Shown: positions 13,851 to 26,703 of the stretch, piece by piece
Layout of the letters: each line of letters begins with the position of its first letter
How positions within the stretch are numbered: position 1 is the first letter of the stretch
Assembly (NCBI GenBank): GCA_965112735.1
Contig: OZ218951.1
Span: 3,100,001-3,164,000 of the forward strand
Direction of reading: 5' to 3'
Source: Phaeosaccion multiseriatum
Lineage: Eukaryota > Protista > Ochrophyta, other classes
Length of the DNA stretch: 64,000 bases
Translations under genes and position numbers: made by a program
Notes under the pieces: generated by a model
What the model saw: only the letters and a program-made list of their open reading frames with translations
Databases searched by the model: none
Told to the model about the DNA's origin: nothing

Positions 13851-16800
13851 GTCATGGTGCTTGCTGTCTTGTGCCTGTGGCTGGTTTTGTCCATCTCTTG
13901 TCGCTCCATCGAACCCACCCGCCTCTCTCCCCTCTCTCTCTCTCATCACGCTGCCTCTACTCCGTCCCCTCCCTCCTCCCCTCCCTCCAGCCCATCCAAC
14001 CGCGAGGAGGGCCAGCTGAGGGTGGCACAGGTGGTATTCAAGCGGCTCTTCGATCTGCCCCGTCTTGAGGAAGAGGCCGCGGCCGCTGCCGGAGACAAGG
14101 CTCCTTCTTCCACAGACAGTAAAGCATCTAAAGCATCAGCATCAGCCTCAGCGTCTGCTGCTGACAAGTCGGCACCACCGCCTGAGGTGCCCTTGCTGCG
14201 CGTGGAGACGCACGCAGCGGTGCTGCAGTTGGTGCTCCGTGACCTTCAGAAGGTCTCCAAGGAAGGTGAGGGGCAAAGCGAGAAGGCGACAGTAGGCTTA
14301 TGCACGAGGCTGGAGTGGGCTGGGCCTCCAATTCCCGCCCTGTTTTGTTGCCTTTCTTCCCTTTGCTGTCGCTGTGCTGCTTTGTTGTTTTGTCATGTGT
14401 CCTTTACGTGTGTCTCACGGTCTCTCTCTCTCTCTTTCTGTCTCTCTCCCGCTCTCTACTGCCCCATCCCACCGCCCAACACCCACACACACACCCACAC
14501 ACCCACATACACACGCAAGGCGTCATCACTCGCTGGTACACGTCCCTCCCTTACACTTGCGTCAACTCGGAGGCGGCCAAGAATGTACACATTGGTGCCC
14601 TCAACATGTTGACACGCACCAAGATGATCAAGCTCAGCGACCTTGACCTCACCATCTCGCGCCACATCACCGCCTCCAACACCGCAGCCACTACCGCTGC
14701 TGCTGCTGCTGCTGGTGCTGCTGCTGGTGCTGCTGCTAATTCTGCTGCTTCTGCTGCTGCCCGAGGGGGCCGCAACACTGCTGCTAGTGCTAATGCCACC
14801 AGTGGTGCCAGTGGAGAGGCTTCCTCACAGCCGCATTGGTGGGCGGACATTGCCATCCAGCTTGTGCGCAATTGCGTCTTCGACCCCAGTGTGGTTGGGG
14901 GCGGTCCTCAGCAGGCCCTACACAGCGACCCCAAGCTCGTGATTAAGGAGTTTGCGCACATTCTCGAGGTGCTCTCGCGAGGGGATGTCGGAGGTGGCAG
15001 TGGGGCTGAGACGGGAGGAGGAGGAGCGGCCAAGTCGCCGATGAGGATCGAGGTGCGTGTGTTGATAAGAGGAGAATGAAGGGGGAAAGTGAGTGAGTTT
15101 GGCTTGGCTTGGGCTTGGTTTTATTTTGCTTGTTTGTTTGTTGGCTTTACGTACTGTACTCTTAATTCTGTCCCTCCCCCTCCCTTCCGTCCCTCCCTCC
15201 CTCCCTCCCTCCCTCCCTCCCTCCGAAACTCTCACCTCTCTCTTCTCCCGTAGGTGGAGGATCTGATGAACGACTTACGAAGCATCGTGGCCGCAGCAAC
15301 AACCGCAGCCACGGAGGGGCCCTCGGCGGGGGGGTCAAGTAGCCCAGCCGTAGCAGGCGCCTTGGGAGGAGTTGTAGGCGGAGCAGGCGGAGCAGGAGAG
15401 GGCAGTGGTCTCTCCTCTGGTGATCAGGCTTCTTCCGGAGGCGGGGGTGCCGCTTCAGCAGCTCTTACAGCAGCAGGGAGCGGGGCAGCAGGATCGAATT
15501 GGGGCACACGCGAGCAAGTGACTCATCTTCTCGAGTACTGGCTGCGTCTCAGCAGCGAGCGCGGGCCCGGGTACAGCGGCCCGGGAAGTGCGGCGGCGGC
15601 GGGGGGTGTGGCCGGCGGGGGAGGGGTGGACAAGGCCTTCGTGCCTTACTTGCAACTCCTGCAGCAGCACGGAGCCACGACCAGCGACGAGTCCACAGAG
15701 CGATTCCTGCGCATTGCCACCGACCTTGTTGTAGAGGCCTGCCTCAAGACGGCAAGGAAGCCGGCGGGGGCTGCGGCGGATGGCAGCAAAGCGGGTAGTG
15801 CGGCTGCTGCCGGTGCTACCCCCGACGGATCCGAGAGCCCTGGGACTCAAGCGACTGGTGCTGCGGCTGCGGCTGCTGCTGGTGCTGGAGCGGCGGCAGG
15901 AGGAGGAGGAGGGGCGACGGTCCTCACGTACACGGTGGTGGACTCGTTCTGCCGCCTGCTTGTGCTGCTCGTCAAGGCCGCGGGGCAGGGCGGGGATGCC
16001 AATGGATGGGCGGGCATGCTCAACAAGGTATGTTTTGGTTATATAGCCACTAACTTAACCCCCTTCCCTTTCCGTAACGATCCTTACTCTTGCACCCTAA
16101 CTGTCCTGACCACTTTGTCCTTCACGTCCTTCTTCCGAAGTTTTATTATTTTTCCTTACTCGTCTTACCTACTAAACACCTTGGCGTTGACAACACACCC
16201 ACCTTTGTCCTTAACGTTCCTCATCATCCATAACACGTATGTAACCAACCGTAACTCTCTCTTACGTACGATACGCCTTGACATGGGGGACAACACACAG
16301 GTGCTGGGCACGACCGTCCGTATGGTACTGCTTGACATTGAGGTTCGACGTAACGCCAACGCCGTGTTCGATCAGAGGCCGTACTTCCGCATCCTGCTGT
16401 GGCTCCTGCAGGACCTCACCGGCACGGACCGCGCTGCAGAGAGCGCCAATGTTCAGGTGGGTTGTGGGGTGCACGTGTGTGTGTGGTGGGGGTGGGTTGT
16501 ATGCGTGGTTGTATGCGTGGGTAAAATTAAGGGTCCTTTCCTTTGGGTGCTGCTTACTTAATTACCTTGTCGCCCCCCCCCCCCCCCCCCCCCCACACAC
16601 ACACGAACAGGTTCTGGCAGCCTTCGCGAGCGCTCTCCACGCCTTGCAACCTGCCAACGCCGCGGGCTTTGCCTTCGCCTGGCTCGAGCTCGTGTCGCAC
16701 CGCCGTTTCATGCCCGTGCTGCTCATGGCCAGGGACAAGAAGGGATGGCCACTGATGCACCGTCTCTTGATTGACCTTGTCGGCTTCATGCAGCCCTTCC

Positions 16801-18582
16801 TGAGGAGGGCACAGTTGGTGGAGCCTGTCCGCCGGCTGTACAGGGGCATGCTGCGTGTGCTGCTGGTGCTGCTGCACGACTTCCCCGAGTTTTTGGCGGA
16901 GTTTCACTTGTCCTTCTGTGACGTGATTCCGCCCTCGTGCATTCAGTTGAGGAACCTCGTGCTGTCGGCGTTCCCACGCAGCATGCGCCTGCCGGACCCA
17001 TTTACACCCAATCTGAAGGTGGATCTTCTACCCGAGATCAGCCAACCCCCCGTGATCCTCAGCAAATACACGTTGGCCCTGCAGGAGGGCACGCTGAGGG
17101 TGGAGCTGGACAAGTACATTGGCAGCAGGCAGCCCAGTGCGTTCCTCAACACGCTGCCCAACAGGCTTAGAGCGACCACCCCGCAGGTGGGGGAGGAAGG
17201 GAGGGAGGGAGGGAAGGAAGGAAGGAGGGGAAGGGTGGCAAGGATCGGGGTGGGGTTAATCAGTCATGCATGAATCTTGAAAGAGCAGGAAGGCCAAGCA
17301 AAGCAAAGCGAAGCAAATGAGTTTCAGTCCCCAACCAAAAGCCACGGACTGACGAACCCCATTGACCGCATGCCATCCCCATCCACAACCATCCCCTGCC
17401 ATCCCCAGGACTCCGGGGTGACATACAACGTGCCTCTCATCAACTCGCTCGTGGTGCACGTGGGGGCCCAGGCCATCATCCAGGTAAGCGTATGGGGTAC
17501 AGGTCCTCCTCCTCCTCCTCCTCCTCCTCCTCCTCCTCCTCCTCCTCGTCCTCCTCCTCGTCCTCCTCCTCCTCCTCCCCCCCCTCCTCCTCCTCCTTCT
17601 CCTCCTCCCCCTCCTCCTCCTCCTCCTCCTCCTCCTCCTCCTTCTCCTCCTCCTCCTCCTCCCGCCTCCGCCCTCCTCATACGCCTCTAACAAAAACAAC
17701 TAAATTCCCTTGTACCTTCTCCACCCCCTACCCCACCGCACTACACCTCACAGCTGCAGAACAAGAGCGCCAACATCACGCACTCGGCCCCCATGGACAT
17801 CTTTCAGCACCTCGTCACCAAGCTCGACCCCGAGGGGCGCTACTTCCTGCTCAACGCAGTCGCCAACCAGTTGCGCTATCCGAACAACCACACGCACTAC
17901 TTCTCGTGTGTGCTGCTCTACCTCTTCTCGGAGGCCCACTCAGAGATGGTGCGTGAGTGCGTGCGTGTGGTACCATGCTAGAGCGGTACTCACTGGTCGG
18001 TTGTGTGTGTGTCTTTTCGTTTGCAACTCTCTCTCTCCATCTGTCTGCCCCTCTGTGTGTGTATGTGCATGTTTCTACCCTCCCTGCCCTCCTCTCTCTC
18101 TCTCTCTCTCACCCCCCCCCCCCCTCCCCACCCTTCTCTCTCGCACCATTCACTCAATCACTCACTTACCCACCCACTCACTCACTCAACTCCACCCCCA
18201 TCTCATACTCACCCAATCCAATCAATCAATCAATCAATCCAACGAAAATCACCAACAGGTGAAGGAGCAGATTACCCGCATCTTGCTGGAGAGGCTGATT
18301 GTCCACCGACCGCACCCCTGGGGCCTGCTCATCAGCTTCATTGAGCTCATCAAGAACCCTCGCTACGCCTTCTGGGAGCACTCCTTCACGCACTGCGCCC
18401 CCGAGCTGGAGAGGGTATTTGAGAGCGTTTCACGCAGCTGCATGACCCCGGCGGGTGGTCACGGCACCGGCGACGGCGAGGGAGGAGGTGGTGGCGGCGG
18501 TGGTGGCAGCGGCGGCGGTGGAGCGGGAGGGGGAGGAGGAGGGGGAGGGGGGGGAGCAGGCGTGGGTGCCACGGCGACGTAA
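4449..18582 (+). CDS. CNOT1: CCR4-NOT scaffold subunit NOT1, about 21 exons
   Basis: N-terminus [25 protein letters not shown]|[17 protein letters not shown]. Internal hallmarks: [92 protein letters not shown]-like [53 protein letters not shown]. Stop TAA at 18580-18582. Some internal exon edges are approximate. Confidence 0.97.
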
Positions 18583-19641
18583 GCCATTGACCGGATGAAG
18601 CAAGCGGTGGGAAGCGGCGAGCAGTGCGGAGCAGTGCGAGGGGAGGGGAGGGGAGGGGAGGGGAGAGGGGGTGGTGTGCTCAGCTAGCCAAGCCCCCCAA
18701 CCCCCCTTCTCTCTCTCTCTCTCTCTCTCTCACTCGGTCTCTACTCTGTTGTTGGGGTAAGAGAGTGAGAGACAGAGTGTGGAGCACATGTGTGTGTTTG
18801 TTGCGTCCGGAGAGTGAGCCTTTGCGTCCTGTGCGGTCCGGCACAGTCGTTGACGCTTTTTGGGTGATCGTTGGCCATTGCCATTGCCATTGCCATTGGC
18901 AGGGAGGGAGGGGCCTTCGGCACGAGGGGGGGGGGGCACGCTGCGTGTGATGTACGTGTACGATTTGAGGGTAGCGGTGCGTTTTGGGGTTTAAACGGGA
19001 GGGGTGTGGGGGGTGGGGCGGGGGGGGGGGTGGTTTAGCATCGCAGTCCAAAGGAAGGGTATCGAGGCGTGATGAGTAGCAGTATGCGCTACCGTTACCC
19101 TTTGTTGTTGGTGAGAAGACAGAGTAACGCTTCCTTCCATACGGATGAGAAGAGCAGGACAGGCCAGGCCAGGCCAATGTGGCTCTGCGAGAAGGGCAAA
19201 GGCCAAGGGGGGTATGGGGGGGTATAATAAGAGTGTAAGATTGGGTATATACATTCATGTTGTGTGTGTGTGTGTATGGGGGGGGGGGGGTTAGGGCTTT
19301 TAGTGGAACAGTGCATGAGGTTGTTAGTGCGGGAAAGGGGGGGTAGCAAGAGGTGCTAATGCTATGGAAGCACCCCTGGCACTCTAGTTTTTGTTCGTTC
19401 GTTTGCTTGCGGAGGAGGCGACCGGCATGTACATGAATCCTTTAGTTTCGCGCTTTTAAAGCAAATCGCATGCTAAAATAGACCCTTAAATACAGTGATA
19501 CGTGATGAGGAGTCTCTCTCTCTGTGTGTCTCTCTCTCCCTCTCTCTCCCTCCCTTGTTTGTCTGTCGCCGTTCCTGTGTGCTCTTGAGGCAGCGAATGC
19601 CTGCCTTGTTTGGTGTTCCCTCGAGGCGCTGGCTTGTAATA

Positions 19642-19719
19642 TAGCCCCATGGGAGGACGGGGCTGATTCATCCCCTCCCTTTAGCCCCATGGGAGGACGG
19701 GGCTGATTCATCCCCTCCC
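19642..19719. repeat. Direct duplication of a 38-bp unit (period 40)
   Basis: TAGCCCCATGGGAGGACGGGGCTGATTCATCCCCTCCC occurs at 19642 and 19682. Confidence 0.9.
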
Positions 19720-20616
19720 GTCCGAAGAACAAAAGTCTGAGCGCCCTCCATCCATCCAGAGGTGCGAATGCCTTTATCGAAGGATGTGAAATGCACTCAC
19801 GTGCGCGTGGTCCTCATCCAGCAGCAGGCACTCCCAGATTCACAGATTCACAGGGTCGCAATGCCCCTCCTCAGGCCTCTCCTCTTCTCCGGTGGCAGCA
19901 GCGGGGCGGGGGAAATCGGCAGACAGTATTGAGACTGAATGCACCGGTCTAATGATGGGCAGTAGCGTTCCCTTCCCCTTCAAGCTCGCAATGTGAGGTG
20001 GTCAACACCAGCAGTTGGTGGTGATGGCAGCAACGCCACGCGCGCCACTACCTTTGGGAGTACTCCTTTGCTCCTTACCCCCATATGCCATAAGGGCAGT
20101 GCCAGTTTAGGGCCAGCGTCAGGGTGCTTCCATCCAGAGCCGTCCACACACCACCCACCCCACAAATCTTTAGGCATACTCGGGGAGGTAGCTGGGCGGG
20201 TGGGGCCCCAGTCGCTCTTTTGTCGCTTTGACCCGGCCTTCTCCATTTCCGACCCACCCTATCGTTGAATAGCTTCGGCAGTGCGATTCCTCCCAGCAGC
20301 AGCAGCAGCACCACCACCACCACCACCACCACCACCAGCAGCAGAAGCAGCAGCAGCAGTTGGTGATACAGCAGCAGCAGCAGCAGTTGGTGATACGGCA
20401 GCAGCTCCCTGGCGCTTAGCCCTGTCCTGCCCTCCCTGCCGCTTTCCATCTTCCTTTCCCACGCCTGCACAGCACGCAAGCTACACGGTACGCTCAGTCA
20501 CGCTATACCCCACTGACACATGCCGTGCTCAACACAAGCGAAGTATGCGCTGCATCCCACTCTCTCTCTCTCTCTCTCTCTCACTCTCTCACTCACTCAC
20601 TCACTCACTCACTCAC

Positions 20617-21309
20617 TCAGCTGTCCAAGCCTAGCAGCGTATGAGGGCGGTAGCAGCCCTTGCCCACGAAGGGCAGGCTCTCCACGTGCACTCCACTCCT
20701 CTGCAGGTCCTGCAGTTCCAGCTGCATTTGGTGGAGACGCGCTGTCTGCACATCAAGGGCCGCCTCAAACACCACCTGACCCAAGTCACAACCATGCATT
20801 GCCATCCATCCATCCATCCATCCATCCATCCATCCATCCAGCCATCGTACAGTACAGCACAGCACAGCACAAGGATAGCAGAGAAGAGCACACGTGGTAT
20901 CATGGACGGTACAGCATATAGGGCATCATGGTCAGCATCATGGCATCATACAGGCATCATGGTCAGCATCATGGCATCATACAGGCATCATGGTCAGCAT
21001 CATGGCATCATACAGGCATCATGGTCAGCATCATAACATCATACAAGCATCATGGTCAGCATCATAACATCATACAAGCATCATGGTCAGCATCATGGCA
21101 TCATACGGGCATCATGGTCAGCATCATGGCATCATACAGGCATCATGGTCAGCATCATGGCATCATACAGGCATCATGGTCAGCATCATGGCATCATACA
21201 GGCATCATGGTCAGCATCATGGCATCACACAGGCATCATGACCAAAGGGTGTGCCTGGAGGGGTAGGCGGAAGGAAGAATGGAACACAAAGGCGAGGAGG
21301 AGGGCAAGG

Positions 21310-21342
<33 letters not shown>

Positions 21343-22778
21343 CAAACTCACCGAGTCACCCGACTGCCGCACCACTTCCTTGGCGGTCTCAGTCCACACA
21401 CCGATGGGTCGGCAGGGCTTGAGGCGGCTTTTGCCTAATGGGGTGGCCTGGAGCTTGGTGGAGTAGAAGAAGAGGCAGAGGCTGTCTTCAAGGTGTTCTG
21501 TGATGCCGAACCAGAGATACTTGGATAGGCCCTTGGGAGGAGAGGGGGAGGGGTGGGTGGATGGTAGCGGATGGGAAGGAGGGAGGAGATGGGGCAGAGA
21601 GTATGTCAGGGAAGATAGGGGTGGAGCGGGGGCAGCGGCAGGGACAGACGCAGTGGCAAAGGAAGGGGAGAGCAATCAAGAAGGGCAGGACAGAGAGACA
21701 GACAGATAGACAGAGATACAGTGAGAAGAGAGAGAGAGAGAGAGGCAGAGAGAGAGAGACAGACAGAGAGAGACAGAGAGACACAGAGAGAAAGAGAGAC
21801 ATACAGACAGAGAGAAAGTCAAGAGGCAAAAGCACCACGTGAATTGTAGTGTCGGTAACATAGGCTCAGTCCCCCCCCCCACCTTACACACACCCCTCCT
21901 ACCCCCCGCTCCACCCCCCCCCCGCCCTCTGCTCGTTCCATCCCCCCCTACCCCCTTCACCTACCCCCTTCACCTACCTGCACTGTCGCGGCATAGCACT
22001 CTGCTGCCCTCTCCCTCCCCATGCACACATCCCTCTCCGTCTCCCCTAACACCACCGTGGCCAAAATGTTGGACGTGAATTTGGTGTGAAAGGGATGCGC
22101 CACATAGACATCGGTGTCTGCGCAAAAGGATGCGTAACCGTCGGCGTTACAGAACGGGTCCCGCTTGCACATATTCACTTTGGAGGCGCGTGCCTTGGCC
22201 TTGCGAGCGGCCACGTAGGAGAGAGGCACGGCGCATTTGTCGGCGATGACCTCGCCTCGCTCGCGGGCTTCGCTGAGGTACGCGTGTCGGCTTGGTTCAA
22301 TGGCGCAGATCCACTCGTAGAAGTTTGAGGCAACGAGGCTGAGGGGGTCCCGGAGGAGGGTGATCTGTTTATGGGGGGGGGGGGGGAGGGGAGGGGAGGG
22401 GAGGAGGGAGAGGAGGTGTCGAGGGTGCGGCAGTCAGTCAACGGATGGCAGTAGACGTATGGCAGCAAACGGATGGGAGGAAATGGAACGCAGCCAGATA
22501 GGGGTGGGATGGGGGCAGAGGAGGAGGAGGTGGGAAGGGGTGAGGGACATGTGATCAAGGTCGGGTGGGAAGGGAAGGGAATAGAAGCGCAGACAGAGAA
22601 GGGTTGAAGGGCACCGCAAGTGAGGTGTAGGAAGGTCGCAGCAGCAGCCGCTGCCCTCTACCTTTACTCCCCTCCTCCTTCAAAGGGCGTGAGGGGCGGT
22701 AGGAGAGGCCCCCAAAACACGCCCACACGTACGCACGCACATTCACAAACACTCGCGCACAAACACACACGCATATTT

Positions 22779-22839
<61 letters not shown>

Positions 22840-22975
22840 TCCTGACCAGGCCTGGTCTGTCTTACTGTAGGGCATTTGTCCCTCTCATCGTAGACAAGAG
22901 GTAGAGCCGACAGCACGGGTCTCTCTCACTACATGTAGATGGAGAGAGAGAGAGAGAGAGACCCAATGGTACTGC

Positions 22976-23069
<94 letters not shown>

Positions 23070-23107
23070 ACTACATGTAGATGGAGAGAGAGACCCAATG
23101 GTACTGC

Positions 23108-23164
<57 letters not shown>

Positions 23165-23233
23165 CTCTCACTACATGTAGATGGAGAGAGAGAGACCCAA
23201 TGGTACTGCTGTCTGTCTGTCTGTGTCTGTCTG

Positions 23234-23283
<50 letters not shown>

Positions 23284-23322
23284 ACTACATGTAGATGGGA
23301 GAGAGAGACCCAATGGTACTGC

Positions 23323-23386
<64 letters not shown>

Positions 23387-23595
23387 AGTCAGTCAGTCAG
23401 TCAGTGTGTCTGTGTGTCTGTCTGCCTATCTGTCCGTCTGTCTGTCTGCCTGCCTGTCTGTGACTCACGTGTCCAATGTCGAGGTTGTCAGGAGGCTGAG
23501 CTACCTTGGTCCATGCTTTGAGCTGAGTGTGCGAATAAGCGACCTGAGAGAGAGGGAGAGAGAGAGGGAGAGAGAGAGGGAGAGCGAGATAGAGA

Positions 23596-23636
<41 letters not shown>

Positions 23637-24785
23637 GGAGGGAGAGAGAGAGAGAGGGAGGGCGAGATAGAGAGAGAGAGAGAGTGAGAGAGAGAACCGA
23701 TGGGTTGATGGGTTAATGGGGTGATGGGGTGATGGGGTGGGGCGCATGGATGGGGGTTGGGCGGGGGGGCAGAGGAGGTGACCATTCATTCTATTGCCGC
23801 CCAGCAACGTCCTCTTTTGTGTCTCGTTTCGTAGTGTACACAAGAGAAGGTGCTGCAATACACTGGGGCATAAGCAGTGACGCTGTTCGTAGTGGAGGTA
23901 GTAGCAGCAGCAGCAACCCAGAGAAGGGGACTGCTCGGCAAAAGACAGGCCTCCCCTCAGACTTGTGACAAAGCTCAAAGCATCCGCACTCCATGTAGCC
24001 AGACCCTACCTCCTCTCACTCGCAATATACAATGGGAGGAGGGAGAACACCACCAACTACACGCCAAGATTGATACACTGCCTATTGAGAGCTGCTATGC
24101 TCAATCATTTCCCTCCACCCTCCTCCTCCTTTGACACTTACTCACGACGCACCTTCATGCCGTCCCAAAAGTGTTCCCCGAGGGTCGCCTGCATGGATTG
24201 GGCTTGCTCCTTGTCCCAAAAGCCTGACGCGCGGGAGCCAGGGGTCACTCCCCCAGGGAGAACTTTCTCCAGCATGAAGGAAAATGAAGTGCCTCCTGTT
24301 TGGTTTGTTTGTTTGGTTTGCACGTGAGTTGAGTTGCCAGGATCATGCCCAGAGCAGGCACACCACCCCTACCACACGCGAATATGATAACGTCGAAGGT
24401 ACAGGCCAAGCGGGAGAAGAGAAGAGAGGAGGGAAGGAGGAATCTGAGAGGCGGAGAGGCGGAGAGGGGAGGAGGGGACCACCACCCCCCCCCTTCTCCT
24501 TCCCGAACCCATGCACCGACCTGTCTTCATGGGGTGAAAGAAGTAGAGGTAGTTGCCTGGCTCCGACACGTTGAAGTGCGGCACCACGGCAACCTCTGGG
24601 TCCATCGCGGTGCGATAGGCAGCCAGAGGAGCGGGTGGGGGTGCTACACTCACTCCGGCATCTCCCTCTCTCCGTCCGCTGCTGCTGCTGCTGCCGCTGC
24701 CGCCACTGTACCAGGCTCGTCGCAAAAGCAGAAAACCCAGGGCTGCCAAGCACCAGGTAAGTACTCGGCTCGTTCTCATAGCCAT
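20617..24785 (-). CDS. Golgi type II membrane PAPS-dependent sulfotransferase (Sulfotransfer_2/Gal-3-O-ST-like), multi-exon
   Basis: N-terminal anchor [23 protein letters not shown], 5'-PAPS motif YFFHPMKTG|GTS, 3'-PB motif [18 protein letters not shown] (exon from 22364), [15 protein letters not shown], and last exon [14 protein letters not shown]...GLDS* ending at 20617. Confidence 0.85.
20922..21240. repeat. Intronic 31-bp minisatellite, about 10 copies
   Basis: Unit GGCATCATGGTCAGCATCATGGCATCATACA; two adjacent central copies carry G>A variants. Confidence 0.95.
22918..23405. repeat. Compound intronic repeat: 4 x [CACTACATGTAGATGG-(GA)n-CCCAATGGTACTG-(CTGT)n]
   Basis: Unique core at 22927, 23069, 23169 and 23283, separated by variable-length (CTGT)n tracts. 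Confidence 0.92.
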
Positions 24786-25146
24786 GGAGGAGATGGGGAG
24801 GAGAGAACAAAAGAAGAGATTGGCGGTTCACATTTCGATCTCGACTTCTCATGTCGAGACCTGAAGAAAAGGGTCGGCCGAAAAGGCGCCAAAACACATC
24901 CTTTTTTTCTTTAGACCCCTTCCTGCTCAAAATTGCTACTCAAGGCAGGCAGAGGCTATACTTAACGTGCAAAGGTAGGCACACAGCGGAGGGCCACGCG
25001 AGACGAGAACGAGGCCTGGCAGATCAAGCAGAGGAGAGTGAACAAACTTCAATTGCTGAGGCGTTGATCAAGCAGCAACGGTAACTAGCTTATGATCGAC
25101 CGATTATGATGCTCCAGACGTGACAGCAAGATACCGTCATAATTCC

Positions 25147-26703
25147 ATGAAGGTGACAGTGTATGCCTCGGAGAACATGAGGGAAACAAGAGGAAGAGCT
25201 GCCGCTCGGAGACAACAAGCGGCCGGGGTGCTCACCTCCCTGTCCATGACAACAAGGGGAAACAAGAGGGAGAGTAGCAACAGCGACGAGGATGACGCTC
25301 AAGAGCAGCAGGTCGGGGGCCACAGGATTCAGAGGAGGTGGATGTGTGGTGCCCCAGATGAGTGCCATGACGAGGCGCGGCAGCAGCAGCAGCAGCAGCA
25401 GCAGGGGAAGGGAAAGCAGCGAACGGCCAGGCGGAGCAGAACGACTTTTTTTGGGACGAGGGCGAGTTCTGTCGGCTTCTGGGCCTGCGTGTACATCGAG
25501 GGAGGCTGGGAGAACTTCGGTCCGTACCCTTCGGACACACACGCGGCTGTGGTCTACGACGAGGTCACTCGAGCTCTGCTGAAGAGGAACCACCCACCGA
25601 TGGTCGGGCAGCAGCAGCAACAGCAGCAGTTGGTGATACAGCAGCTGGAGAAGCAACAAGAGGGCGAGCCGGAGAGTGGTCGACATGGAACTGGCATTGG
25701 ACAAGATGGAGTGCTGCTAAATTTCGAGACGGAGAGGGCCCTTCGTGCAGCGGTGAAGCAGGCCGCGGAGAAGAGCGTGGAGCGAGAGGCCGAGGCCGAG
25801 GCCGTTGCTACTGCTGCTGCTGCCGCGCTGCAGAGGAGGAGAGGGGGGAGGAGGAGGAAGAGGGGGGGGGATGACGAGAGTCCGAGGCGAGTGAAGGTGC
25901 GATGCGAGGAGGATGGAGGGGAGGACGAGGAGGACAAGGAGGAGGACGACAACGACGAGAAGGAGAAGGAGGAAGGGGAGGAGGGGGGGGGAGAGGAGGA
26001 GGAGGAGGAGGAGGAGGAGGAGGAGGAGGAGGAGGAGGAGGAGGAGGAGGAGGAGGAGGAGGAGGAGGAGGAGGAGGAGGAGGAGGAGGAAGGTGGGACT
26101 GAGCGCAAATTGCAAGCCGGCGAGGGTCGCCTTCTCACCCTCCTCACGGTCGTTTCGGGCAACTTTCAGCAGCAGCACTGCCAGCAGCAGCGACAGCAGC
26201 AGCAGGCGCAGCAGCAGGAGCAAAAAGAAGGAATTGTCACCGCCGCCACGAGGAGTGCACAACGAGGAAAAGCGCTGGTGAAGCGCCGGCCTCATAGCCG
26301 CCTCAGCCTGCTCCGGAGCCGTTTCAGAGGCGGGGAGAAGGTGGGAGGAGGAGGGGGGGAGGGAGATGAGGAGGGGGAGAGGAGGAGGAGAGGAGGAGGA
26401 GGGAGGGGGGGGAGGGATGGTCCGGCGGCATGCTCTCCTCGAGCGAGAGTCGGAAGGAGCATCGCCGCTGATGTCAGCTTCAGCCGCAGCAGGAGTGGAG
26501 CAGTTGGTGATACGGCCTCACGCGGGCGATGGCGCTGCCACGGCGGACGACACAATCAAACACGAAAGACAGAGGAGGGGAGGGATCAAGGAGAGAACCA
26601 TCACACACGGCGGGGAGGCAGGGCAGCTGCTGAACAGAGATGTGCAGAGGAGGAGGGTGTGTGTGGGGTGGAAGTGCCAACTGTGAATCGGTCGCGCCGC
26701 TAG
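25147..26703 (+). CDS. Divergent AP2/ERF-like domain protein with polyQ and polyE tracts (putative transcription factor)
   Basis: RSRTTFFGTR....FWACVYIEGGWENFGPYPSDTHAAVVYDEVTRALL...LNF follows the AP2 pattern (yrGV..W.A.I...lG.F....AA..YD....l...lNF). Basic NLS-like RRRKR. Start codon and 3' structure uncertain. Confidence 0.6.
   Translation: MKVTVYASENMRETRGRAAARRQQAAGVLTSLSMTTRGNKRESSNSDEDDAQEQQVGGHRIQRRWMCGAPDECHDEARQQQQQQQQGKGKQRTARRSRTTFFGTRASSVGFWACVYIEGGWENFGPYPSDTHAAVVYDEVTRALLKRNHPPMVGQQQQQQQLVIQQLEKQQEGEPESGRHGTGIGQDGVLLNFETERALRAAVKQAAEKSVEREAEAEAVATAAAAALQRRRGGRRRKRGGDDESPRRVKVRCEEDGGEDEEDKEEDDNDEKEKEEGEEGGGEEEEEEEEEEEEEEEEEEEEEEEEEEEEEEEEEGGTERKLQAGEGRLLTLLTVVSGNFQQQHCQQQRQQQQAQQQEQKEGIVTAATRSAQRGKALVKRRPHSRLSLLRSRFRGGEKVGGGGGEGDEEGERRRRGGGGRGGRDGPAACSPRARVGRSIAADVSFSRSRSGAVGDTASRGRWRCHGGRHNQTRKTEEGRDQGENHHTRRGGRAAAEQRCAEEEGVCGVEVPTVNRSRR

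Noticed and set aside
17492-17690. Poly-Pro/Gly/Arg/Ser ORFs (extensin- or formin-like)
   Set aside because: (CCT)n tract inside a CNOT1 intron.
22918-23405. CRISPR-like repeat/spacer appearance
   Set aside because: Spacers are (CTGT)n microsatellite, the context is a eukaryotic intron, and there are no cas genes.
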